Shown piece by piece: positions 1-9,097 of a stretch of DNA of 64,000 nucleotides (the first letter of the stretch is position 1; each line of letters opens with the position of its first letter). Under the pieces are notes generated by a model. It saw nothing but the letters and a program-made list of their open reading frames with translations, did not search any database and was not told the DNA's origin. Both the position numbers and the translations under genes were made by a program. The DNA is from Histomonas meleagridis 2922-C6/04-290x (lineage: Eukaryota > Protista > Parabasalia), in NCBI GenBank assembly GCA_020184695.1, contig JAANOX010000247.1, positions 119,852-183,851 of the forward strand, read 5' to 3'.

Positions 1-2
1 CA

Positions 3-437
3 GATCGTTACTATGAATTAATCGAAAATAAAATGTCGACAAAATACGTCGAATCTTTATCGTTCGTGATGAACGCAAATTACGTTCCATTGTTGTCGAA
101 TTTGGTGTTCGACGCTGACTTAAGACTTGGAGATAGAATGACATTACTTTTGGAGTACTTGAGAATGAGTAAGCTGTTCTTGGAAAACGTGAATTGGGAA
201 AAAACAGCTTCGAATCGTTTCGAGTTCCATAGCTTCTTGTTGGTGGCGTCGCAAAATGGTCTGTTGCTGGAAACAATTTTGATGTTGGAAAATTTGGTAT
301 TCCAAAATTTGTTGTTCACAAAGAACTTCGATTGTCAAATTAGAGAAATGTGGTGCGTGTTGGTGCAGTCTTTATGGCATACAATTGAGGATGACGCTGA
401 GTTGATGAAAATGTGCGGATCAATTCGAGTGAGATGA
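3..437 (+). CDS. 3' end of a hypothetical protein (5'-truncated by the window)
   Basis: The frame of ORF 33..437 is open back to base 3 (DRYYELIENK-MS...) and ends in TGA. No family recognised. Confidence 0.6.
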   Translation, partial: DRYYELIENKMSTKYVESLSFVMNANYVPLLSNLVFDADLRLGDRMTLLLEYLRMSKLFLENVNWEKTASNRFEFHSFLLVASQNGLLLETILMLENLVFQNLLFTKNFDCQIREMWCVLVQSLWHTIEDDAELMKMCGSIRVR

Positions 438-974
438 GAAAAAATTCTCAAACATTTGTTTGATAAAATTCATTTATTATGTTCGAAATTTAGTTTTACG
501 TTTTGCGTGAAACTTTCGATAATTCTGTGATTTGTACGTTAGTCATCATTCAAAATTCTTATCGTAAATGTTAAAAAATTCGTTTTTTCGAGTAATTTGT
601 TATTACTTTAGAATAAAGTATGAGCAATAAATTAATGGTTGTTAACGCATTAATTTAATAATATAAGTATAAAATATTCTTTTGAAATCTTTAAATATAT
701 TTTCTTTTTTTTTTGAAGAAGATTAAAATTGTTCAAGAAATTTCTTTACTAAAAAAAAATAAAAATTGTATGTTTCCTTGTACATTGAATTTAAAAGGAT
801 CTCAATAATCTAAATACTAATCATCGATGTTTGATAAAAAACTATTGATCTTTAATGGATTTTTGTAAAAACCTAAATCTTAATGTTTTTATTCTGAATA
901 AGTGTTTTTAGTTTCATAAACTTCACGCTGTTAATTGAAGTTTTTCTTCCTTCATTTTGTGAACGTTTAAATTA

Positions 975-2153
975 ATGGAGCTTCTCGTTGGAGCAAAGTA
1001 TCGCTTAAAAAAGAGAATTGGTTTTGGAAGTTTTGGCGAGATATATTCTGGTGAAAACATTACAACACACGAAGAAGTTGCCATTAAACTCGAATCTAAA
1101 AATACTAAACCACAACAATTAGGAATTGAAGCCAAGATATATACAATTCTTGCAGGTGGTGTAGGCATTCCATCCATAAAGTGGTATGGAACCGAAGGTG
1201 ACTACAATGTATTAGTTATGGAGTTACTTGGTACATCACTTGAAGATTTATTTATACAATGTCGAAGAAAGTTTTCACTTAAAACAGTTCTTATGATTGC
1301 TGACCAAATGCTAGCTCGTATTCAATACTTTCATCAAAAGGGTCTTATTCATCGTGACATCAAACCAGATAATTTTATGATTGGTCTTAATAACAAATCA
1401 AACGAAATTTTTATTATCGATTATGGCCTTTCAAAAAAGTTTAGAGACCCAAGAACACACCAACATATTCCATATAAAGAAGGTAAATCATTAACAGGAA
1501 CGGCCAGATACTCATCCATCAACACACATATGGGAATTGAACAAAGTAGACGCGATGATCTTGAGTCCGTTGCATATGTATTGATTTATCTTTTAAAAGG
1601 TATTCTTCCGTGGCAAGGAATTCGGCCCGAAGACAAAAAGCAGCGATTTGAAATGATAATGGAAAAGAAGTTATCAGTTCCAATCGATGTATTATGTTCT
1701 GATCTTCCATCGGAATTTGTAGTCTTTCTATCTGAGGTTAAGAAACTTGATTTTCAAGAAGAGCCTAATTATAATTCATATCGACAAATGTTTCGTTTGT
1801 TATTTATTAGAGAAGGATTTACTTATGATTACCAATATGATTGGGAAATTAGAAGAAGAGTTTTAGCAAATGTTCCAAGTAATTTCGGAAGTAATAATAT
1901 AAAAAAAGATGTTGATAACAAAATTGATCAAGGTTCGAATAATCAAATACAAGCATTGCCACCAATAAAAAAATCTCCAAAGAAAAAGAAAAAAATTCAA
2001 CAAGGATTAGGAATACAAGCTCACGTACCAATCGTAAATGGACCAAAAAAATTATCTAGAATAAATCCTCAAATGAGAACATTTGATAGATTATATACAA
2101 AAAGATATGAAAGGTTATCAGGGAACATAACAAGATGGAAGTCTTCAAAATAA
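975..2153 (+). CDS. CK1: Casein kinase I family protein kinase
   Basis: [53 protein letters not shown] and LPWQG are CK1-diagnostic motifs. Confidence 0.97.
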   Translation: MELLVGAKYRLKKRIGFGSFGEIYSGENITTHEEVAIKLESKNTKPQQLGIEAKIYTILAGGVGIPSIKWYGTEGDYNVLVMELLGTSLEDLFIQCRRKFSLKTVLMIADQMLARIQYFHQKGLIHRDIKPDNFMIGLNNKSNEIFIIDYGLSKKFRDPRTHQHIPYKEGKSLTGTARYSSINTHMGIEQSRRDDLESVAYVLIYLLKGILPWQGIRPEDKKQRFEMIMEKKLSVPIDVLCSDLPSEFVVFLSEVKKLDFQEEPNYNSYRQMFRLLFIREGFTYDYQYDWEIRRRVLANVPSNFGSNNIKKDVDNKIDQGSNNQIQALPPIKKSPKKKKKIQQGLGIQAHVPIVNGPKKLSRINPQMRTFDRLYTKRYERLSGNITRWKSSK

Positions 2154-2241
2154 GAAATTCATTTAATTGTAAAGTTTTCAATATTATAAACGGTCATGAA
2201 AAGTGAAACAGTCAATAATTTAACATAACAGTCAAATTGCA

Positions 2242-3306
2242 ATGGGCGGGTTCCTGAGTTCCAACAACGAAACTTCAGATCAAAAAGAATCAAGCGTACA
2301 AACAAGTGCGCCTTTGCCTACATCTAGTACACCAATAGCTCTTTTATATTCTTATATTGGAACGGGTTTTCATGGATTACAATATTGCGAAGATCATCTT
2401 GCAATTGAAAATTTCCTTTTTGACGCATTAATTCGTGCACACCTTTTGCCAGCTGATGCAGCTACCAATAGAGGTTCCTCTCATTGGAATGAAGCATCTA
2501 GAACCGATTCTGGTGTTCATGCCGCTGCTCAAGTTGTGTCTTTTAATGTTTTCAATCCAAAAGGAAATAAGATTAAAAACCTTCCTAACTTGATTAATTC
2601 AAATATGGCCCAAAATTCGCCAATACATGTATGGGCAGTAATATCATGTAATAGAACATTTAATGCACAAAAGTTTGCCGATGCTCGAAATTACCTTTAC
2701 TTAATGCCATTCAGCGCTCTTCATGAACAAACTGATGAACATTTAGAAATGCTCAGAAAAGATTGCTTACCTCTTTTCGAAGGAACTAAGAACTTCCACA
2801 ATTATACAAAGCGAGTTACACCACAGTCAAGGACTGCTCTCAGAACCATATTAGAATTTTCAGTTTCAGATCCATTTCCAATCAATGGGGAAATGTTTAT
2901 ACTTTGGAAAATATATGGGAAGAGTTTTATGATGAACCAAATTCGCAAGATGCTTGCAACAGTTTTATCATATTCACATCAATTAATCACACTTGATCAA
3001 CTTAAGATTACATTTACAGAAGAAAGATGGGCACTCCCAAAAATACCTGGTGATGGCTTGCTTCTTGATAAGGTTGAATACACGGCAATCAGGGACAAGC
3101 TCGGGAGCATGAGGGACCACGAGATGAAGGATCCGGAATTCAATACGTATCGTCCGGTAATTGAAAAGTGGAAAACGACCGTTTTGTATCCGCACATCGC
3201 AGAACAAATGACATCAAACGAAATATTCGACAAATGGGTCAAATATGTTCTTTTCCAATTCCCACCTTTGCCTCAATCTGATCCAAGGGCTCAGCATCAT
3301 AGATAA
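2242..3306 (+). CDS. tRNA pseudouridine synthase, TruA/Pus1 family
   Basis: YIGTGFHGLQ, catalytic RTDSGVHA, FEGTKNFHNYT, GKSFMMNQIRKM, PGDGLLL. Confidence 0.92.
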   Translation: MGGFLSSNNETSDQKESSVQTSAPLPTSSTPIALLYSYIGTGFHGLQYCEDHLAIENFLFDALIRAHLLPADAATNRGSSHWNEASRTDSGVHAAAQVVSFNVFNPKGNKIKNLPNLINSNMAQNSPIHVWAVISCNRTFNAQKFADARNYLYLMPFSALHEQTDEHLEMLRKDCLPLFEGTKNFHNYTKRVTPQSRTALRTILEFSVSDPFPINGEMFILWKIYGKSFMMNQIRKMLATVLSYSHQLITLDQLKITFTEERWALPKIPGDGLLLDKVEYTAIRDKLGSMRDHEMKDPEFNTYRPVIEKWKTTVLYPHIAEQMTSNEIFDKWVKYVLFQFPPLPQSDPRAQHHR

Positions 3307-3501
3307 ATTAAAATATTTTGTTTATATCAATTTTACAATTTAAAGAAAAAATTATCATAAATTGTGCAAACACTTAATTTATTGTTTAAAGATTCATAAT
3401 ATTTCTCTTAATTGAAATGACATTATTTCAGTAATTAATAAATTACACAAGCTTGTGTTACACAAATTCGTATCGTTAGATTCGGTTAGTTAGTTATCCG
3501 A

Positions 3502-3648
3502 ATGGTAAAAAGTAAAACATTTATTATTCCAAATTCAGTCACTTTAATTATGGATAATTCATTTGCTTGTCTTAATAATTTAATTACAATTTTAATTGGA
3601 GGAAATGTTAATTATTCTTCCACCAACACTAATATTCACACAAAGTAA
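3502..3648 (+). pseudogene. Short BspA-like (TpLRR) relic
   Basis: Translates MVKSKTFIIPNSVTLIMDNSFACLNNLITILIGGNVNY..., about one TpLRR-like repeat, then TAA. Confidence 0.35.
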
Positions 3649-4030
3649 TACATATACCAAAATAAAAAGCTAAAACAAAAAGAACAAAATATAGATGCTT
3701 ATGAAGAAAATATAATTAGTACTATCACTAGCATTAGTGAAATAGATAATACTTTTTCAGTAGGAATCAATAAATCAAATATTTAAGAAAGTCCATTTGC
3801 AGAAGGTTTCAAATATGGAAAATTCATAAATCACATATATAATAAATATTTTCGTCAATCCAATAATTTTTTCATTTATAAATTTATAAGAATTAAAAAT
3901 GACGTACAATGTATAAGATTTAAACAAAAACATGATTAAAACACTCCCATTCATAAAACCAAAGCACTTTAGCAAAATTACATTTGAAATAACTTTTTGT
4001 GAGTACGATAGAAACTATCGGAGAGTTTTC

Positions 4031-4038
4031 GACGGTTA
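4031..4038 (+). promoter_or_regulatory. M3-like core promoter motif GACGGTTA
   Basis: Fits the trichomonad M3 consensus RRCSGTTD, about 30 nt upstream of ATG 4070. Confidence 0.35.
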
Positions 4039-4069
4039 TAAATGATGCTGAAAAGTGGCAGTCCACACT

Positions 4070-4798
4070 ATGCTCAGTCCTGTTACACCATCACTTCCAA
4101 ACACATCATATATAGATAAGTTTCTTTCTGCTGTCAAGTCACATCTTAGTTCCGTCAAAAAAGCGAAAAATGATATAAAGAAAATGTTTTCATCAGTTCT
4201 TCTAGTTTATTCAAAAGATGCTCCTGAATTTCTCCAACCCCTTTATCAAAAACTTAAAGAGTTCGGTAATACTATTGTTCAAGCATTTCAAGAATTTGAT
4301 TCAAGTGTCTCACCACTAATTCAAGCTACAAATGAAATTATCCAACAAAGAGAAGAGCTAGAAAAAGCACTAAGCGCATACAGAAAGGAAATTATAAATG
4401 TAAGAGCAGAGGAAACACCAGAAAACATTAAAAAAGAAGGAGATGCACTCCAGAATTTCATACAAAAATTGGTTAAATTTAACACTGATTCCAATGCTCT
4501 TGTGCCCTGTTTTAAGAGCTTCTATATTGCAGCCTGTGCACAACTCGAAAGCAATTTATCGAGATTAAAATTCTTTTTCCAGAACGAAGCAGAGAAACGC
4601 TATGAGAGTTCTGCTGAAGAAAAAGAAATCGGGAAACTAATTGAAGAGTTAAATGACGAAATAACGAGCAAAGTTACCGAAAATCAGCAAAATGAGCCTG
4701 CTGAAAATGATAAAAAAAATGAAAGTATTGAAAAGACCGAAAATATTGAAGAAGAGGATCATAAAGAAGATGAAAAAAATGTGGAACAAAAAGAGTAG
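4070..4798 (+). CDS. Hypothetical helical/coiled-coil protein (possibly BAR-like)
   Basis: First ATG at 4070 (the track start is GTG 4055). About 210 aa of amphipathic helices, then an acidic tail. Confidence 0.7.
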   Translation: MLSPVTPSLPNTSYIDKFLSAVKSHLSSVKKAKNDIKKMFSSVLLVYSKDAPEFLQPLYQKLKEFGNTIVQAFQEFDSSVSPLIQATNEIIQQREELEKALSAYRKEIINVRAEETPENIKKEGDALQNFIQKLVKFNTDSNALVPCFKSFYIAACAQLESNLSRLKFFFQNEAEKRYESSAEEKEIGKLIEELNDEITSKVTENQQNEPAENDKKNESIEKTENIEEEDHKEDEKNVEQKE

Positions 4799-4892
4799 AA
4801 CAACTTAATGATAAAATTTATATGGAATAATTCCGTTTTTTTGTGACATTTTTTCCATTGAATTTTGCGCGGCTTTTTAACGTGCGATTGTA

Positions 4893-4900
4893 AACGGTTT
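4893..4900 (+). promoter_or_regulatory. M3-like core promoter motif AACGGTTT
   Basis: RRCSGTTD match ending 15 nt before ATG 4915. Similar RACGGT motifs precede several other genes (2189, 23591 minus, 42562 minus). Confidence 0.4.
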
Positions 4901-4914
4901 TTCTGTTAGTTTCC

Positions 4915-6645
4915 ATGAGTCAGAAAGAAGACAACGATTCCACAAAGATTAAAGATGATATTTTATCTGACTTCGAATCTTCTAGTTCTTCAGATGGAAA
5001 AAAGAAAAAAACAGCTGAAAAGGAAAAAAATGATTCAAATCTGAATGAAAAAAAAGAAAATAAAAATGAAGAAATAGCTAAAACAAAGAATAACAGCTCT
5101 GACTCTAGTGATAACAACCAAGCTGAATTAGAAAATTCAATATTTAGTGATAATGAAGATCACAAACCTAAAGAGAAAGAAGACACTAGCAAAGAAGAAA
5201 CAAAAATCGAAAAGCCTGAAGAAAAAGAACCAGATAAAATAGAAATTCAACCTTTAATTATAAACAAAACAGATTCAATTAACAAAGAAAAAACAACTAA
5301 TTCAAGTAGGAAAAAAGGGTCAGAGCCCGCCACGCCTAAAGAAAAAGAACCTTCCAAAAGCAGTAGCTCAAGCCCAAGTTCTAAATCATCAAACAAATCC
5401 AATGGAAACAAAGACTATACAATAGAGAAATCGAAAAACGACAAAATTGAATTAATACGAATACCCAAACAAGACAACAGTTCTGATTCACGTCAACTTA
5501 ATCGCATCAAATCTCCATCAAGCAACAAAACCAGTCCAATTCACAAGAACAGACAAAAAGAATCTCCAAGCAAATCATCACCTCGCAACATAAGAACGTC
5601 AAATTCCAAGCGAAAAGAGCTAACTCCTCCATTATCGCCATCATCGACTTCATCATCTGCGTCATATTCCTCATCCGAAAGTATCTACGAATACACTAAG
5701 AAAGAACTTGAAGATGCACTTTCGTTAATGCTTAAGCGGAAGAGTCTTCCACCATATGAAATGCGTCCGTCACTAATAAACTATGCGCGTAAGCTTAGTA
5801 CGCAAAAACTTTTAGAAGAAGAATATGACGAAGCGTCTGAACTTGATATGGCCATTGACATCCTTTATTCGAGTATCCAACATGACAACAATGAAAGCGA
5901 CATGCAAAATGCATCAAACATATTACAGCAACGCCTTGATAATGCTAAATCACGCGAGAAGCAATTACGCGAAAAATGGGACGAAGTCATACAACAGAAC
6001 ATGGAAGAAGCCGACGAAAAAATCGACGAGTTAAAAAAGCGTCACAAAGAAGAAATCGAAGAGTTCGAGAAAGAATGGTCTAAGCCAGAAGTAATGAATC
6101 GATTTAACAAGCCATCATCGGAACTTTTGCAAATTCGAAAGCAACAAAAGTCTTTAGCTTTGATTCATGATTTTACTCGTGCTAAACAAATGAAAATCGA
6201 AGCTGAAGCTTTAGAAAGAAAAGAAACTTCGATTGCAACAAAAAAATTTAGGGAGTCAATGAAAAGTTCATTTGAACAATTACTTGAAACACAAAAGAAT
6301 GAACTTTCTTGTTTGATGATGAGCATTGAAAACCAAAGAGCGATTTTGGAGACATATAAAAATAGCGAATTGGAAACGGCAGCTGCAACTGTGAAACAAA
6401 TCGAGGCGAAATTGAATCAGTCGAAATCAGCTAAAAAACCTGTCGTGTTCGTCCCAAGAGTGCAACAAAGATCGCAAGTATCACAATCACAGAATGCGGC
6501 TGTGACTGGTGTCATATCACAGAGAACGAGATCGAGATTGGCGAAATATAGAAAGTCTTCGGATAAGGTAAGACTAACATTGCCTAATCAGGACATAAAG
6601 GCAATTATGAATTCGGTGTCATCTTCGAGAAAAAGAAAGAATTAA
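4915..6645 (+). CDS. Hypothetical protein: S/K/E low-complexity N-half, coiled-coil C-half
   Basis: 576-aa ATG-initiated ORF. Confidence 0.8.
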   Translation: MSQKEDNDSTKIKDDILSDFESSSSSDGKKKKTAEKEKNDSNLNEKKENKNEEIAKTKNNSSDSSDNNQAELENSIFSDNEDHKPKEKEDTSKEETKIEKPEEKEPDKIEIQPLIINKTDSINKEKTTNSSRKKGSEPATPKEKEPSKSSSSSPSSKSSNKSNGNKDYTIEKSKNDKIELIRIPKQDNSSDSRQLNRIKSPSSNKTSPIHKNRQKESPSKSSPRNIRTSNSKRKELTPPLSPSSTSSSASYSSSESIYEYTKKELEDALSLMLKRKSLPPYEMRPSLINYARKLSTQKLLEEEYDEASELDMAIDILYSSIQHDNNESDMQNASNILQQRLDNAKSREKQLREKWDEVIQQNMEEADEKIDELKKRHKEEIEEFEKEWSKPEVMNRFNKPSSELLQIRKQQKSLALIHDFTRAKQMKIEAEALERKETSIATKKFRESMKSSFEQLLETQKNELSCLMMSIENQRAILETYKNSELETAAATVKQIEAKLNQSKSAKKPVVFVPRVQQRSQVSQSQNAAVTGVISQRTRSRLAKYRKSSDKVRLTLPNQDIKAIMNSVSSSRKRKN

Positions 6646-7179
6646 GTGAAAAAAATAGTAAAATGTAAAATAAAGTTTTAGTTTTATGTTTTATTTAAAA
6701 AATGTTTTGTTTCATAAATCAAGGGAAGAAATAGTAAATAAAGATAAATGATGATCCAAACACTAAAAATATCAATGAAGAAACAACAATTTGAAGTATT
6801 ACAATTTCCTTTACATAAAAATGAAAGAAAAAAATATGCAAAACATATAAAGACGTCGTGAAAAACTATCTACTTTGATAAGAATGTCATTCATAGAAGC
6901 TTTTTTTCAACCTATAAAAAAGTATATATACATACTAAGTTTAATGAATAAATGCTAAATAATATCATTGTATTACACTCTAATTGCTTGGTACATCAGT
7001 AAAAAATAAATATTCTGTATTTTTGGTAATAAAATCTCATGGTACAAAATTATAACATATTATTTTCCAAGCAGTTCTTCTTAGTTGTATTAAAGTATCC
7101 ATTTTTCACTTTATTTCATAATTTTTTCTGGAATTTAAAAAATAACAAAAAATACTTCAATTAGTTACATTCTTATTGT

Positions 7180-8397
7180 TTATTTTCTTCTACGGTAGAA
7201 AAAGATTCCTGCAGCTAAAGCAGCTGCTCCAATTAATGCACCAGCGATCAACATGTCAGTCAACGTTTCTTTTGTTTCTTTAGTCTCTTGTTTTGTTTCT
7301 TTGATATTATTTGGATTTTCTTTTTCTTTTTCTGCTTCTTTTTCCTTTTCCATATTTTCTCTTTCTTTTATTTGATTTATGAAGTTAGTTGGATCTATTC
7401 CTATTGATTCCAATATTTGCGCACCTTTATCGATATCTCTTTCTACTCCAATTCCCATTAAATAACAATGTCCAAGTGATTCAATTGATTTCACATTATG
7501 ATATTCCAAAGCTGACTTTTCAAAGTATTTAAATGCTAATTTTGGATCAGCATTAAAACCTTTTTGATCAGCTAAATGTAACATTCCTAAGTAATGATAA
7601 GCAATTGTTATTCCATGTTGTGCAAGAAATAGTAATAAATTCTCAGAAACTTTATAAGCTGTGCCATCCTCAAACTCAGTTAATAAAACAGAAACAACAA
7701 GCATAGACTCTAAGTCAGAATGTTCAAGTATTAATCGACAACGCCAATAAAAATGTGCATCGCGATCATGCGCCAAATGTTGAGCAAGAAGAATTTGGGA
7801 AGGACGATGTGAACGCCACGCAGAATATAATAAAAACCTTTCATATATTTCGGGCTTTTCTGGTGCAGAAAGAGCAAGTAAAAAAGATGAATTTAGATCC
7901 ATATCACCACCTATTATCAATATTGGCCATTTGCTTTTCACATGTAATTGAATTGTGACTTTCTTTCCACTTACTTGGATATCATATTCTTGTGGAGTTT
8001 CATAGAATGTTCCTGAGATCCAATTCGATTCAGATGATATTTTATCTCCTTCAATTTTTACCTCATCTGGAATACGCCCTATTTCATCGTCTTTGGGTGA
8101 TATGGAGAATTCATATTCTGATTCATATTTTATGGTAATTAAATCATCATCTTGTGTCCATGTATATCCATTATATCCTAAAGTCGTGTGGAATATAGAA
8201 GGAGAAACGACTTCTGGATTTTCATTTTCATGGAATTTTTTGTAAATATATTGAAAATATTCATCAGGAATTGGTGTCTTTTGGAAAACTTCAAATTTCT
8301 TCTCTTGTGATACATAACATTGGGAATGTGAAAGATATGCTATTATTTCACGATAGTCCATTGGCTCTTGAGCAACATTTAGCAAAGACTTTTTCAT
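7180..8397 (-). CDS. Tail-anchored CS/Hsp20-like + Sel1/TPR protein (Tom36/Tom46-like)
   Basis: ATG at 8397. GYTWTQDDDLITIK is CS/Hsp20-like. Sel1 repeats include AYHYLGMLHLADQKGFNADPKLAFKYFEKSA and LGHCYLMGIGVERDIDKG. C-terminal TM segment followed by RRRK. Confidence 0.75.
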   Translation of the reverse strand: MKKSLLNVAQEPMDYREIIAYLSHSQCYVSQEKKFEVFQKTPIPDEYFQYIYKKFHENENPEVVSPSIFHTTLGYNGYTWTQDDDLITIKYESEYEFSISPKDDEIGRIPDEVKIEGDKISSESNWISGTFYETPQEYDIQVSGKKVTIQLHVKSKWPILIIGGDMDLNSSFLLALSAPEKPEIYERFLLYSAWRSHRPSQILLAQHLAHDRDAHFYWRCRLILEHSDLESMLVVSVLLTEFEDGTAYKVSENLLLFLAQHGITIAYHYLGMLHLADQKGFNADPKLAFKYFEKSALEYHNVKSIESLGHCYLMGIGVERDIDKGAQILESIGIDPTNFINQIKERENMEKEKEAEKEKENPNNIKETKQETKETKETLTDMLIAGALIGAAALAAGIFFYRRRK

Positions 8398-8419
8398 TAA
8401 ATAAACGTACAATAAAAAT

Positions 8420-8827
8420 ATGAAAAGATATGAAAACGAAAGAAAAACACAAAATAACAAGTTTAATCCTGATACAGAGCTTCAAAATCTGAAAAGAATC
8501 ATCCAGAATGAAAAAAAGTTTTATCAAAAATCAAAATTAATGGAAGAAGAAAGACATCAAAAAGCAATGTCTTCCATTAAAGTAGAACATATGAAACGAA
8601 TGCTTGAATCAAAAGAACTAGAAGCAACTTATATTCAAAAACTTAATGAAATTAGAACTGATTTTTCAAGAAAGAAACTAAATATTAAAAGAAAACAAAA
8701 ACAAGAAGAACTAATTTACAAGACATTTCAAGAATTTTCATACAATAAAAACTATTCAGAAATAGAAATCAAATCATACATTGAAGAAGTCACCAAAGAG
8801 CTCTTCAAACTGATGAATTACGATTAA
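8420..8827 (+). CDS. Hypothetical coiled-coil protein
   Basis: 135-aa ATG ORF rich in K/E heptads, divergent from the upstream gene. Confidence 0.5.
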   Translation: MKRYENERKTQNNKFNPDTELQNLKRIIQNEKKFYQKSKLMEEERHQKAMSSIKVEHMKRMLESKELEATYIQKLNEIRTDFSRKKLNIKRKQKQEELIYKTFQEFSYNKNYSEIEIKSYIEEVTKELFKLMNYD

Positions 8828-9097
8828 GAATTCAAACGAAAACGGTTTGACCCAAAAAATCTGTCAGCGGTTGTTCTGTTAACAGCTACAGTCAATAATT
8901 TTTTGAATAACTGTTCAACAATCGGTTCAAAACCCGATCGAACTGAATGAAAACTGCCATAGCCAATAAAAACCACCATTTTTCATTCAATTATCCATTT
9001 TCAATGACAAAAATTTTTGCGTTGGTTCAATTTTTGAGAGGACTGCCTTCCCTTTTTTTTTGGATTTTCATTAATAAAACCGCCAATTATTTTCCAA

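Noticed and set aside
2203-2231. Short intron ending TTTAACATAACAG upstream of the Pus gene
   Set aside because: Neither candidate GT joins ATG 2196 in frame with the ORF, and the branch motif is imperfect.
3445-3458. 14-bp palindrome ACACAAGCTTGTGT
   Set aside because: It is isolated, with no TSD, paired copy or associated feature.
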